NCBI RefSeq assembly: GCF_009914755.1
Contig: NC_060925.1
Strand: one strand, 5' to 3'
Source: the human T2T-CHM13v2.0 reference genome, Homo sapiens
DNA: 64,000 bases
The notes below the pieces were generated by a model. It was not told the DNA's origin. It saw only the letters and a list, made by a program, of their open reading frames with translations, and made no database searches. Shown here piece after piece: positions 1-14,398 of this stretch (position 1 is the stretch's first letter; the number at the start of each line of letters is the position of its first letter). A program made the translations under genes and the position numbers.

Positions 1-130
1 CAGGGCAACCGGGTCGTGAGCACAGGTAGCACAGCTGGGCGTGGCCCTGAGATAGGACATAGGAGGATGTCGCCGGTGGGGTAGAGCATGGCCCAAGTCC
101 TGCCTCACGTGCCCTCCGGGTGGATTCCAG

Positions 131-260
131 GTGGTACAAGGACGGGGCCCTGCTGACCACTGGCAACAAGTTCCAGACACTGAGTGAGCCTCGCAGCGGC
201 CTGCTAGTGCTGGTGATCCGGGCGGCCAGCAAGGAGGACCTGGGGCTCTACGAGTGTGAG
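131..260 (+). CDS. OBSCN: OBSCN exon, Ig domain (WYKDGALL...DLGLYECE)
   Basis: ccag|GTGGTAC...TGTGAG|gtgagg; I-set Ig motifs WYKDG and DxGxYxC. Confidence 0.95.
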
Positions 261-426
261 GTGAGGAGTGCAGGAGTGGGGACCGGCCTCGGGACCCAGG
301 CCATCCTTGCTGGCCATCCTCTGGGGTCTGATTGTGGAGGGGCTTAAGAGCCCGGTCCCTGTCCTCAAGGTAGGGGGCTCTCGGCAGAGGCCAGGGGACA
401 CCATACCCACTGCTACACCCTTGATG

Positions 427-533
427 ACAGGCCAGAGGCCACCATGCCACTGTCACCCCCCCATCACAGGCCGGGGGCCACCAGGCCACTGTCACCCCCC
501 ATCACAGGCCGGGGGCCACCATGCCACTGTCAC
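427..533. repeat. Tandem repeat, ~38-bp unit x ~2.8
   Basis: acaggccgggggccaccatgccactgtcaccccccatc repeated. Confidence 0.85.
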
Positions 534-1098
534 TGTCATCCCTGGCCACACCACTGCCCCATGCCCTGGCCTCATTCTTCCTCTGCCTCTAAGCCTCTTC
601 TCTGCTCCCATGTCAATCTGGATGCCTTCCTTGACTTCCCTGGCCATTTCAAGGATGCCGCTTGGTTTTTGCCTTTGGGGGACCCGGCTGGCCTCATGAA
701 TTTTGTCATTCGTGTCAAATGGAGTGTCAGTCATCCAGTGTAGCCCGGCCCTGCTCAGGTACCTTTTACCTGTGGAGACATCCAGCCTACGGGTGGACAG
801 AGCTGCCTTCTGCTCCAGCCACTGTGTCTGCAGGGCCGGGGCAAGGGCTCCTCAGGGTGGGGCCCAGGCCCAGTTCCAGTCCTCCGGTCCTTCAAAGCCT
901 GCAGTGCTCGTGGTGGTCGTGGTGGCTGTGTGCCAACTACGGGTGCCCCAGGCTCCAGGCGCTAGCTTCTGTCCAGTTCCTCCAGGGGCACTTGTCCGGC
1001 CACCACCTCCCGCCGTGTGGCTGCTGCTGTGAGCCTGTGGGGAGCCTGCCCCACACCACTCTGGCTGGAGAAGCCAGAGACCCAAGTGAGCTCTTGAT

Positions 1099-1590
<492 letters not shown>

Positions 1591-1760
1591 GGCCCTAAGG
1601 CCGTGTGGGTCCCCCAGGGATGCTGTGGCGGGGCTGGGGCCCTTCCCCTTGTGGGAGACACACCAGGATGGGGGCTGCCCGTGCTCCCAACATGGCCACA
1701 GGGAGAGGGCCCTACCCGTGGGGAGCCTTGGGCTCTGAGCCGGCCCTGCCGTCCTTGCAG

Positions 1761-1872
1761 CTGGTGAACCGGCTGGGCTCCGCGCGGGCTAGTGCGGAGC
1801 TGCGCATTCAGAGCCCCATGCTGCAGGCCCAGGAGCAGTGTCACAGGGAGCAGCTCGTGGCTGCAGTGGAAG
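1761..1872 (+). CDS. OBSCN: OBSCN exon, last exon shared by isoforms A and B (LVNRLGSARASAEL...AAVE)
   Basis: ttgcag|CTGGTG...GAAG|gtaagt; ends in phase 1. Confidence 0.95.
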
Positions 1873-3746
1873 GTAAGTCCCACCCCTGTCCTCGCCACCA
1901 AGGCGGCTCCCCACGGCCCAGACCCAGGCTGGACCCTCACAGGCCTGGCCGTGTCCAGGAGGACAAGACTCTCACCCTTCCCAGTCAGGGTCTGCTGCCT
2001 GGAGGACCCTGGAGGAGGGGCTGGGCTGGCACCGTGGGGCAGGGAGAGCCACAGATGGTAGACGGGGAGGCTGCTGTGGGCCAGGCACAGGTCCCAGCCC
2101 CCTGCTGGAGGCAGCACCTGTGTGGGCTGGTGGAGGGTAGCCCCTGAGCCCAGGGCTTGGATGGAGGCTGGAGAGGTCACTCTGGGTGGGCGGGGTTCCC
2201 AAAGCCGCTGCGTTCCGGAGAGGGGAAGCCTGTGCGCAGAGGCCAGGCCTACACCCAGGGCAGCTCGCCGGTGGCAGACAGGAGGCGGTGGGCCTAAGGC
2301 AGTGGGGAGGTTGCAGCAGGAACAATAGGAAGGACATCTCTGCAGAGGGCCAGGCCGCTGGGCCCCAGCTTGGCTCCCAGGAGAAGGAGCAAGTGTCAGG
2401 GGCCTGGCCCCTCTATTCAGGGTAGGGCTGGCTGTGGAGATACCTGGCCTGGTTTGGGGCTGCTCCTGGGGTCCTGGGAGGGCCTTGGGCTGCAGAATGA
2501 CTTCACTAGGGATGAAAGGTAAGGGGTGGAGGGAGAGGTGGGGCACATCACCTCATTTCTCCAGGCTCCCGGATGCTTTGTTCAGGGCAGGGGCAGCCAG
2601 GATGGGAAGAGGGTCATCGGGCATCCGTCTTGGGCTCCCAGTTGGAGCTGCCCGTCTGGACAGGTTTTGAGCCTTCCATCCCTGGGGACATGCAAGTGGA
2701 GGCTGGCCCAACACCTGGCAGAGCTGCAGCTGCCACTGTGGGAGTGGTTGGAATACATGTCCTCCAAGTCTTAAACATTGGCTCCTGCAACCCCACCTCA
2801 ACTGTCTCTCCCAGTGCCCAGTGTCTGAAAGCCAGTTGCCCATCTGGACCCCACAGAGCTGGGCCATCTTTGATGCCCTCCATGACCCTCAGGGAGACCC
2901 CTCCCCTGCTGGGCAGAGGTCCTTGTTCCTCAGCCCACACGGTGCCACTGGCACTGGCCAACCTCCGACTGTGAGTGCCCCATGTCTGACGTGTCTCTGG
3001 GGGCCCTGAGACCTCCGTCAGCCCCACAACTGGTGGCCATAGCACCACACAGAACTGCTTCTGGAGCCGCCAGCACCTCAGCCTCCCATGAGTCTTGTGT
3101 CTCATGGCCAGCTGGGACACCCAGGGCTGCCTCTTGCTGGTGACAGGAGCGTCCTCCACAGTCGTTCACTTGGCTGTCACAACAAGTCTTTCTCTGGGTC
3201 TGGAGGAGGGGGTGGCAGGGGAGAGAGGCCACCAGTGCTGGACAGAGTGTCAGCGCCTCAGCAAGGTGAGAATGCAGGTCCTTGAAGAGCCTGGAGCTGG
3301 AGCCAACGCCTCCCCGCTTCTAACTCCTATCCTGCTGCTTCATCTTTAACCCAGCAGCTCTGCAGCCCAAACAGGCCCTGGCAGGCCTCTGCGGGGTGGG
3401 CGCTGCCCCCTCACTTGTGAATCATGCTGCGCACGGCTGCATCCCTCCTGTAGTCGCAAATACTCACTCTGGCCCACAGCCGATCAGGTGACAGTTTAGG
3501 TCCATGAATGAAGGTGCCAGAGAGTGTATGGGCCCAGAGGTGCCTGGCTGTCAGCCCCAAGTGCAGGGAGGATGAGTGGGGAGGCCCCGGGTTTTCCCAT
3601 CACTCTGTGCAGTTCCCATCACTGGCCTGCAGGTAGTGGACACATTGGCTTTCTCTGGGGTCAGCTTAGTCTAAACACACAGAGCCTTTTGGTTGGATCT
3701 CATTCTCTCCTCACATGGGCTCTCCTCTCTCCAGGGGGAGCCTGTG

Positions 3747-3882
3747 AAATACACACCTACACATATGTATACACGTGCATGCACACACGTATGCATGCAC
3801 ATACATCTGTGCACATACACACACTTGCACATGTGTGTGCACAGAAATGCACAGTACTGTGGCTCCCAAGTGCACATATAGA
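3747..3882. repeat. Degenerate (CA/TG/TA) alternating purine-pyrimidine tract
   Basis: acacacctacacatatgtatacacgtgcatgcacacacgt... Confidence 0.8.
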
Positions 3883-4960
3883 CGCAGGCAGTCCCTGAAA
3901 TTCACGTGCTCCTCACCTGAGACAGGTGTAAAGCCTTTCTCCACATGGCAGTCTAGCAAAGCAGATGGTGTCCCACCCCCTGACCCGGAGCTGTGAGGCC
4001 ATGTGCCCCAGGCCACGTCACTTGACTTCTGGGCCTCCTGCTCGTTTTTTTCCCTCAGGGTGCTGGGGAGGGTCACTGAGATGTGAAGGTGCTGGTGGCC
4101 CGTGGACTGCCCGCTGGCCAGCTGGCTTGGGCTGGGAGGGGGCCATCTTTGTGCCCTGATGATTCTGCCCGGGAGCTGCAGGGGAGAGTCCTTGAGGTGA
4201 CTGGGAGGAGGAGCTGCCTGATCCCAGATGCGTCCCATCCGATCACTGGAACCACAGGCCCCATCCTGCTGGCTCTGGGGAGGGAGGCAGCTAGGAAAAC
4301 CTGGAGAGACCATGGAGTGTGTGGACTGAGGATGCTCCTATAGGGAGATTTGGGCTGACGCTCACTCAGAGCTCAGCACCCTGCCCAGGCATCCCCTGGG
4401 GCTGTTCTTGGTAGGACTTCTGTGGCTTTGCGCCACAAAGCTCAGTTGTGCCACTTTCAGGACTCCAGAGTCCCTCTCTCCTGAGGATTTTTTGTAACAG
4501 AGTCCCCAGCTGCCTCAGCCTCAGTGTGGCCGCTGGCTCCCTGTGCAGCCACAGGCCATTTATTCCCTTCTAGGACTCGGTTTCTATGTCTGAGAAGTGG
4601 GATTGTAGGTCTGACAAATTCACGGGGCTCCCTTGGCACATGGGTTGAAGGAGAAGCTGGAATTTCTGTGCAGGGAGCGTAGGTAGGGTCCTCATTCTCC
4701 CCCCAGTCCCTGCAAGACCCTCGAGAGGGACAGTGGGTCCTGCCTTCACGAGGGGAAGCATTGTCCTCAGCCCTCATTCCGCAGCCACTCAGGACAGGCA
4801 TCGTCACCTCCATGTCAGAGGCCCAGGAACTGGGGCTCTGAGTAGACAGGCTGCCCAGGGGCAGCTTAGCAGGTGACTACAACGCTGTGCCACTCCGATA
4901 GCTCAGCCTCTAGCACTGGCTGGTCTGTAACCCTCGCTATTCCGACTGTTTTCTTTGTAG

Positions 4961-5003
4961 TCACTGAGCAAGAGACTAAAGTCCCCAAGAAAACCGTCAT
5001 CAT
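4961..5003 (+). CDS. OBSCN: OBSCN obscurin-A-specific 43-nt exon (VTEQETKVPKKTVII)
   Basis: tttgtag|TCACTGAG...ATCAT|gtaagt; phase 1 to 2 joins 1872 to 8407 in frame. Confidence 0.92.
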
Positions 5004-5390
5004 GTAAGTGCAGGCGTGTTCCTAACCTTCCTTCTGACTGCAGTGCCTCCTGCATGCCACTGACCTGCCTGGATCATGCCTGTGTGGCCCAGCCACCTGC
5101 TTGCTGCCTGTCTGCTCACATAACATGCACCCTCTGACTGCCAGCACCTTACAGGTACTTGCAGTTACCTTGCATAGGCACCTTCCCCTGGGGCCTCGAT
5201 TACTTCCACACTTCACAGCGCTCTCTTCCAGGGCCTCAGTACACTCCGTGGTCCCACTGTTTCAGCAGAGTAGACTTATTCCACACACTTCACAGTGGTT
5301 CATCCAGGGGTTCATCAGGAGCTAGGCCTGAGACCTGCTTTCCTCAGTGGGCCAGAGACAGAATTCTAATCCTCAGCACCCTGGGATTTA

Positions 5391-5899
<509 letters not shown>

Positions 5900-8406
5900 C
5901 CTTAGGGCCCTTAGAGGTCCCCAAGCCCGATTTTCACATTTGGAAGATGGGGAAACTGAAGTTCAGGGAAGAGAGGAGGTTAGCTCTGGGTGGCTAATGA
6001 CTGGAAGCCACTTCCCCAGTGCCACACCCACTGTCCTTTTCTTCATCCTTCAGTGCCTCAAGGATTTAGGAAAATCACACATGCTGCTGCTGCTGAGGTA
6101 ACACAAGAGGACCAGAACTGGGTGAACCCATAAATGTAGAGTTGGTTTTGACCTGAATAATCTGAGAGGACTTCCAATAGAAGGTGTGTGCAGGCGGGAG
6201 TGATGGAAGAGCTTGCAAAAGCCAGGAGGCAGGAAAGACTGTGGTTTCCTAAGGCCAGATGGCTGAGAAGCTCCAGGATGGGAAAACTCTTAGTTCTCAA
6301 GGGGCCTTCAGTTGGCCGTATTGTGGGAAAATCCCATTGCCAGACATTTGTTGAGATCCTGGGTTAACCCTTCCTTGGCTTTCTCCCTCCTCCCCTAAAA
6401 CAAGTTGCTCCTATGATGCCACCCCACAATAGATGGGGCTGCCTGGATGCTGGTGAGCACCCCACTCCTGGAGGTATGCAACGGTGCCAGAGCCTCACAT
6501 AGAGTAGGTCTACATTTTGTCCCTTTGGGAGCACTATTATTATCTACATTTTATGGATAAGAAAATGGAGGAGCAGAGATGGAGCCAGAATGCCCCACTG
6601 GCAAAGCTTCAGAGGCGACTCACGCCTAGGGAAAGGAGGACCAGGTGATTTACAAGCATACAAGTCCAGTCTGTTCCAGGCTTAGGAAGGTGGCAACCCT
6701 CACTCTGCAAAGCGTAATTTACCCACTCAGCTTGAGGATTGGAGGGAGCCAACTGCATAGGCATAGCGCTGAACCCAAGGGTGGACCACACAGGCAGAGG
6801 CACTGGGGAGGCAGTAGGCCTGAGAAGGAAACAGGGCTTGGAGACAGACCCCATATGCTGTGCTTGCAGTCTCAGTACAGGATGCCCATGTGTCCTTGTG
6901 GGGGTGGCAGTGAGTCCAGCATTTGGGGGATATTTAGGAGTCCCCATCCACCTGTTGGGCTGCACTCAACTTACCACCCTGCATCAGCAGATCAGGCAAC
7001 ATGAGGTGAGCAGATGGGGTTAGGCCCAGGCTGTCAGCAACAAGCCTACTGCCCTAGAGCCTGGGTGTGAGGCAGGAAATCAGGCCTGTGGGCACAAGTG
7101 GGCCACATCTCTGAGCCTCAGCTTCCCCATCAGTTAAGTGGAATATATCACTCCCTCCTTAATAGCTGAGGGCTGGAGGAGGCAGGACCTGTCATTGCTG
7201 TGCACCCCAAGGGGTGGTCACACATCTCTGGGCTCATGCCTGGGAGCAACTGCTTCCAGATGGAGCCCTGAGTTAGATGAAAGCAAAACTAAATGAGAGA
7301 GAGACAGTACTTTGGACAAAGCAGACAGCTGGCAGTAGCTCACTTGGTGACGACTTTGTCACCTCATACATGCCACATCCCTTGTCTTGAGCCTGAGGGA
7401 AGTGCAAGGCTGAGGGCAAAATGAGTAACAGGCAGGGAACTGGTATGTGTTGTGTGTTACTCAGCACGTTCTGCTTCCCTACGTGTTAACTCAGTTTGCT
7501 CTCAGTGCTCAGCAAGGTCAGGGGCACCGGGCACCAGAGGAGGACCTGGGCTGACTGCTCTGCTTCTCCCTCTTGGCCCCAGGCAGATTTTCAGCCTCTT
7601 TGACCCTCTCTGTCCCCTATAAAGTGGGATCAGACCCTCTCCCAGGTTACTGCAGAGTCAGACAAGAGAGCTTGCAAAGTTCCCAGCCAGTGCCCCACGC
7701 ACAGCCACGTACAGCCAACCTTGCATTCTGCCTCCGTCACTCCTCCCCCATCCCATTTTGGGAGATGGAGCCAGGCAGGAGGAGGGGCTTGTCTGATGTC
7801 ACACGGCTCATCATGGCCAAGCCAAGTCTGGGGCCACGTATCAGCCAGGTTTCTCCCTTGGCCTGCCTAAAGCCTTTCTGGGCCTCACACTTTCAGACCC
7901 AAAGGCCAGGAGAACAGGTCTGAGCTCAGCCCCCACCCCACCCCCACGGCATAAGCTGTCCAGCCCGTCCCTGGCTGAGGATTTTCAGGGTGTGCAGGCC
8001 CTGCCCTCTGAGAGTTGGCCACGCACCATCCCCCGTGATGCAAAGCACAAAGGTGGGATGGACCTGGAGGGGAGACGGGCACCGGGGCCACTGCAATCAG
8101 GATGTGACCCGGTTTTTGGAGGCGCTTGCCTATGCAGTGCGGCACGGGCCTCCCCACGTACCTCACCTCTTGTTTTCAGATCTGCACACCAGAGACAGAT
8201 TGGCCACATGGGACCTTGTGCTTTGTTTCTTTAGTTCTGTGGCAGGGGGTGGGGGACTCTGTAGGTTGGGCTCACATGCATGTGTAAGAGTTCTTTGTGC
8301 ACTCTCACTGCTGGCTTGCTGGTACAATAACCTGAGCTCTCACGCTGCCCTGGCAATCCTGGGCACTGTGCCCATCTTTTCTCGGGCCCTCTCCTCCCTC
8401 CCCCAG

Positions 8407-9565
8407 AGAAGAGACCATCACCACTGTGGTGAAGAGCCCACGTGGCCAACGACGGTCCCCCAGCAAGTCCCCCTCCCGCTCACCTTCCCGCTGCTCTGCC
8501 AGCCCGCTGAGGCCAGGCCTACTGGCCCCCGACCTGCTGTACCTGCCAGGTGCTGGCCAGCCCCGCAGGCCGGAGGCAGAACCAGGCCAGAAGCCCGTGG
8601 TGCCCACACTGTATGTGACGGAGGCCGAGGCCCACTCTCCAGCTCTGCCCGGACTCTCGGGGCCCCAGCCCAAGTGGGTGGAGGTGGAGGAGACCATTGA
8701 AGTCCGGGTGAAGAAGATGGGCCCGCAGGGTGTGTCTCCCACCACAGAGGTGCCCAGGAGCTCATCGGGGCATCTCTTCACACTGCCCGGTGCGACCCCC
8801 GGAGGGGACCCCAATTCCAACAACTCCAACAACAAGCTGCTGGCCCAGGAGGCCTGGGCCCAGGGCACAGCCATGGTCGGCGTCAGAGAGCCCCTTGTCT
8901 TCCGCGTGGATGCCAGAGGCAGTGTGGACTGGGCTGCTTCTGGCATGGGCAGCCTGGAGGAGGAGGGCACCATGGAGGAGGCGGGAGAGGAAGAGGGGGA
9001 AGACGGAGACGCCTTTGTGACGGAGGAGTCCCAGGACACACACAGCCTTGGGGATCGTGACCCCAAGATCCTCACGCACAACGGCCGCATGCTGACACTG
9101 GCTGACCTGGAAGATTACGTGCCTGGGGAAGGGGAGACCTTCCACTGTGGTGGCCCTGGGCCTGGCGCCCCTGATGACCCTCCCTGCGAGGTCTCGGTGA
9201 TCCAGAGAGAGATCGGGGAGCCCACGGTGGGGCAGCCTGTGCTGCTCAGCGTGGGGCATGCACTGGGTCCCCGAGGCCCTCTCGGCCTCTTTAGGCCTGA
9301 GCCCCATGGGGCGTCACCACCGGGACCCCAGGTCCGTAGCCTTGAGGGCACCTCCTTCCTCTTGCGGGAGGCCCCGGCTCGGCCTGTGGGCAGTGCTCCC
9401 TGGACGCAGTCTTTCTGCACCCGCATCCGGCGTTCTGCGGACAGTGGCCAGAGCAGCTTCACCACAGAGCTTTCCACCCAGACCGTCAACTTCGGGACAG
9501 TGGGGGAGACGGTCACCCTTCACATCTGCCCAGACAGGGATGGGGATGAGGCGGCACAGCCCTGA
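8407..9565 (+). CDS. OBSCN: OBSCN obscurin-A terminal exon, non-modular C-terminus with ankyrin-binding motifs (EETITTVVKSP..., KWVEVEETIEVRVKK)
   Basis: ccccag|AGAAGAG; ORF 8426..9565 ending DEAAQP*. Confidence 0.95.
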
Positions 9566-10039
9566 TGCTGCTGCCATGGTGGCTTGGGGCAGCGGGGAGA
9601 AAGGAGTGTCCTTGAGGCCTAGGACGCTGCCCGGCCTCAGCAGCAGCCCTGGGAGCCTCCTGAGGGCCCTCCCTGTCCCTGGCCACGGGCCCTTCTTACC
9701 TCACTCAACTTCAGCCAGGAGGACTGGGTGGTGCTTGCAATGTTGGAATGACCGGCTCAAAGACCTCAGCTCTGGGCTGTTTCCTGTCAGCCTGGCAGGA
9801 GCCTCAGGACTGTGGACGAAGGATGTGGCCTTGGGCATTTGTCCTGTTCCCACATGGGCCTGGTCCCTCCCTCCTGGCCCCAGCCACAGCTGCCAGGCCT
9901 GACATGGCCTTGCCTCTCCTGCAGTCTTGGTGACTGAGACCCTTGGGTGGCGCTTCCCAGCTCTGCAGGCCCTCCTGGCCTTTTCTGCAGGGTGGACACA
10001 GGGTCTGTGTGTGGGCAGCAGCCCCTGTCTCTCAGCAAG

Positions 10040-10045
10040 AATAAA
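10040..10045 (+). terminator. OBSCN: Poly(A) signal of obscurin-A
   Basis: AATAAA 475 nt after the stop at 9565. Confidence 0.85.
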
Positions 10046-11385
10046 GCAGCTTCCTGTGCACCTCTCTGATTCTCCTTGCCTCTCCACTGGGCAGCCCTGG
10101 GTCCCCTCTACCTGCAGCCCTCAGGGGAGCCCCTACCCTCATCTGCCCTTGACTGTGAGGTCCCCTGGCTGGCCACTGCCTGTGGAGTCCCGGCCCACCC
10201 TGGGGTCCCTGAGTGGACCTGCGGCAGCTGGTTCCCATCATGGAGGGGCCACTCACAGGGGCACATGGCATGGCCAGAACAGCCAATCATGCTCCTTCCT
10301 GGTATGCGGGGTGCCAGGCAGGCCTTCCCCAGCCCTGGGCAGCTGGGACTGTTGTCATGGCAGACGTGGGGATGTGGTGACCCCGTGGGGCTCAGGATCT
10401 CAGCATCAGGGGTCAACTTCATTGTCTCTGGCCGGACGATCCCAGCACCATTAGCGTAAAACCCGAAGCCCTCCAGCCCCGAGGCTGGCTCAGGGGTCCT
10501 GCTGACTGCCTTGGAGTGAGGAGGGTGGAGAGGAGGGTGCCCTGGCAGTGTAGAGAGCAGCCCGGGTGTCCTCTCCAGGCTGGCGACTGGGGATGCAGCA
10601 GGGGTCCTCAGCAAGGGCTTGAAGACACAAGCAAGGCGGGAGGGTTGGGGCAGGTGACCTGCTGGACCCACGTGTGAGGTGCCTGGCTGATGACCAGGTG
10701 GACGGGGAGGTTGCTGAGGGGGAGCTGCCAGTGGGGACCACGCCCAGCAGGGCTCTGCAGGAGTCTCTTGCAGCCAGCAAGGGGCCAGGTGGGGCGGCCG
10801 GGGCCGGGGTTGCAGGTGGAGGGTAGGGCAGATTTGGGTCACAGGTGGAGGAGAGAAAGACGCCCGACAGGCGGGTGCAGGCAGGGGCTGCCCTGGGAGG
10901 GAGGGCCCATCCCCGGGGAAGGGTCCACAGTCACGGCCGCCTGGACGCCCACAGAACCCAAGCTTCCTCTGGTTCTCACCTTGGCACTAGGCTGTGCCCA
11001 GGTTTGAGGAGAGGCCAGCCCTGGTGGGGGGTTGTGATCAGTGGCAGAGCCAGGGCCTGGGGCGGGTATCCAGGCCTGGCTGCTCCCTGGAGGTGGCGAC
11101 ACTCTCCCGAAGGTTCCCGGGGAGGACGAGGCTGAGCTCGCGGGGGGTCTAGGAGGAGGAAGTGCCTGCCTGCAGCATGGGTCTGTGGTTTTTTCCTTTC
11201 TGTGTCCCAGGCCTCCACCTCCAGGCAGCCTCCTGAGAGGGGAGTGGGTGGGGAGCAGCCCAGTGTCGGCCCACCTGGGCGGTCTCTGAGGAGGGGGATG
11301 GGGTTCCTGGAGACCCCTCCGCAGGCTGCAGCTATCCCAGACCCCTGGGCCTCACCCCCTCTGCACTCATTTGCCCCTTCTACAG

Positions 11386-11565
11386 ACACCACCCTGGAGC
11401 GAGCGGACCAGGAGGTCACATCTGTCCTGAAGAGACTGCTGGGCCCCAAGGCGCCAGGCCCCTCCACAGGGGACCTCACTGGCCCTGGCCCCTGCCCCAG
11501 GGGGGCACCCGCACTCCAGGAAACCGGCTCCCAGTCCCCAGTCACCGGAACTTCGGAGGCACCTG
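11386..11565 (+). CDS. OBSCN: OBSCN obscurin-B exon (DTTLERADQEV...SEAP)
   Basis: ctacag|ACACC...CCTG|gtgagg; 180 nt, phase 1-1. Confidence 0.9.
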
Positions 11566-11884
11566 GTGAGGCCCAGATGCATGCTGATGACAAAGACCCC
11601 CAGGGATTGACCCCAACCCTGGCTGTGCAACATGAGGGGTGCCCATCCCATGGGCATTAACTGGCCAGGCCCCAGTGACCCCGATTTGGAATCCCAGTGG
11701 CTCCATGCACTGGGGGTCCTGGGCAAAGCCTACCTCTTGCTTGGCCTCAGTTTCCCCATCTGAATCTGGCACAGAATGGGTTCTGGAAGGTTCCTCCTGC
11801 TCTAAATCTGTTCCAGGAGCCAGAGGCTTCCCATGCTTGGCCTGTGATGGCCAATTCAGGTGCCCTGTGCTCCTCAGTGGACAG

Positions 11885-12005
11885 GGAGGAGGGGGAGCAG
11901 GGGGTGAGAAAGGAGAGGAGGAGAGAGAGGAGAAGAGGGAGAGGAGGAGAGGGGCAGAGGGGGAAGAAGACAGAAAAGGAGGAGGAGGTGGAGGAGGGAG
12001 GGGCA
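11885..12005. repeat. Polypurine (GGA/GA) low-complexity tract
   Basis: Near-pure A/G run of ~120 nt. Confidence 0.85.
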
Positions 12006-12144
12006 GAAGCAGCCAGTACCCCAGACAGACCAGACCAAACTGGCTGCTACAAGAGCCAGCTCTGTGGGTCACTCAAGCCCTTTCCCCCAGGTGTTATGAT
12101 CACCTAAGCCCCTTCCCCCAGGTGTTGGGGGTCTCCTGTTATGA

Positions 12145-12455
<311 letters not shown>

Positions 12456-13818
12456 AACCTGCTCGAGCCCTGGCCTCGCTCCAGCCCAGTCCTCAGGTCC
12501 CCGATCAAGGACCTTTTCCTAAAGGGACAGATGGTGCATCTGGGGAAACTGAGGCCTGGGTTGGGGGAAATCTCATCCCGGGCCCTGCTGCTCGCCGCAG
12601 GTGGATGGGGGCCCTGGAGTCAGGCGTCCAGAGAGCCATGAGGACAGGGCTGGAGCGAGGCCAGAGCTGGGGCAGGATGGCAGCCAGACTCCTCCCCTGC
12701 CCCGTCCAGCGTCCTCTGCATCCTGCTTGTGTAGGCTTCTCGGGTCCATGCCCTTCTCCTTCTCCTTGTTTGGCCCAGACCCTGCCTTGGTTATCTTCAC
12801 ACAAAGGACCATCACGGCCTTGCGTCCTGCGTGTCTACCCACTCTGGTCACCCCACCCCATCTTGCAGGGCCTTCCCTGATGCACCCTCCCCAGCCACCC
12901 CTACCTGGTCCCATCACCTTGGAGAAAGGCCGTCAGGCTGGAGCCAAGCAGGATGAGACCTCCAGGGCACAGTGCCCTCCCCAAGGACTGCACGGGACAG
13001 CCCCCCACCATGGTCTCACGCTTAATTCCCTAAACACATGCTCCAACTGGAGTTTCCAACAGTCCCATAGTCCCTGTGCTGCTTCTGTGGCCTCCCGCAG
13101 GGCCAGGGGGCATAGGGTTCGGGGCAAGCAGGCCACCTTCCCCCATGAGATGAGAGGGCCACCCCTCGGGTCTGCTTTCCCACAACAGGCACGGAAGCCC
13201 CCAGGCCTTCAATGAGCTCAGGCTCCTCCCTCTAGCTGCCTGGGCACCCTGGGGCCACCTAGGGCCAAGGGGCGTCCCTCTAGGCCCCACCTTGGTGTAC
13301 ATTTGCTCCGTGCACCTATCACGGGGCTGGCTGGGTGCAGGGCCTGGCCCAGGAGAAGGGGCACAGCATCCCTGTCACCCTGGGAAGTGGTCTCTTCTCA
13401 TTCTTCTGGCCTGTCACCCTTCCCCCCGCAGTGATCGAGGGCTGGTGTCTGCAAGGGAAGGACAGGTCAAGGTTGGGGCGGGGGTCTGGGAGGACTGGCC
13501 CTGACCCTCACTCTCACTCTGCCTCCTGGGTGGAGTGCACCCCGCCACATCCAATGGCCTGTGTGCCAGGGCCACAGTGGCTGAGCAGACAAACCTGCCC
13601 CAGGTGCCGTTTGGCCCATCCTGGGCAGATCGCGGGCTCCTTCACAGGCCTGACGCTCGTTCACTCTGTCCGATGCCTCTGCAGAGTGGGCATGGGTTGT
13701 CCTGCTCCGGCCATGACCCCACCCACCCTGCCTGTGGCAGGCATCCGTCCCACTCGTCCACCTGCTTGAAGCTCACGTGTACCCGACTCCTACAGCCACC
13801 TGCCCTGTCTCCCAGCAG

Positions 13819-13915
13819 CCGTGCCCCCGAGGGTGCCACAGCCCCTCCTCCACGAAGGCCCAGAGCAGGAGCCGGAGGCCATTGCCAGAGCCCAGGAATG
13901 GACTGTGCCCATTCG
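13819..13915 (+). CDS. OBSCN: OBSCN exon (AVPPRVPQPLLHEG...WTVPIR); NAGNAG acceptor gives alternative start 13816
   Basis: cccagcag|CCGTG...ATTCG|gtaacc. Confidence 0.88.
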
Positions 13916-14273
13916 GTAACCTCCCCAGACTGCTGGGTCCTGCAGTGGGGGCCAACCCCCATGGGACATCCCAGGGCAGGCAGGGCAGGGCACGAGTTAC
14001 CGCGGTGGCCTCACAGCCCTCACTCCACTCCTTGCCAGCAGCCACCCCGGACAGGGCAGGGCAGGGAGGAGAGGCCACCCTTGGGATGAGAGGTGTTGGG
14101 GGGCCCCCTCCACACTAAGGGTTGGGCCCCCATCTGTACATCTCATCCCAGAGAGGCTTTGCTGCAGCCTCTTCCGAGTAGTGGTGAGCAGGGATCCCCT
14201 ATCTCACTGGGAGGCCTGGCTGCTCAGAACGTGTGGCGGCCCGGCAGAGCCTCACCCCACTTCCTAACCCCAG

Positions 14274-14398
14274 GATGGAGGGTGCAGCCTGGCCCGGGGC
14301 AGGCACAGGGGAGCTGCTCTGGGACGTCCACAGCCACGTGGTCAGAGAGACCACACAGAGGACCTACACATACCAGGCCATCGACACGCACACCGCAC
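14274..14398 (+). CDS. OBSCN: OBSCN exon (MEGAAWPGAG...DTHTA)
   Basis: ccccag|GATGGAG...GCAC|gtacgg; phase 2 to 1. Confidence 0.88.

Noticed and set aside
8305-9090. 261-aa ORF antisense to the obscurin-A terminal exon
   Set aside because: Shadow ORF caused by codon bias of the sense exon
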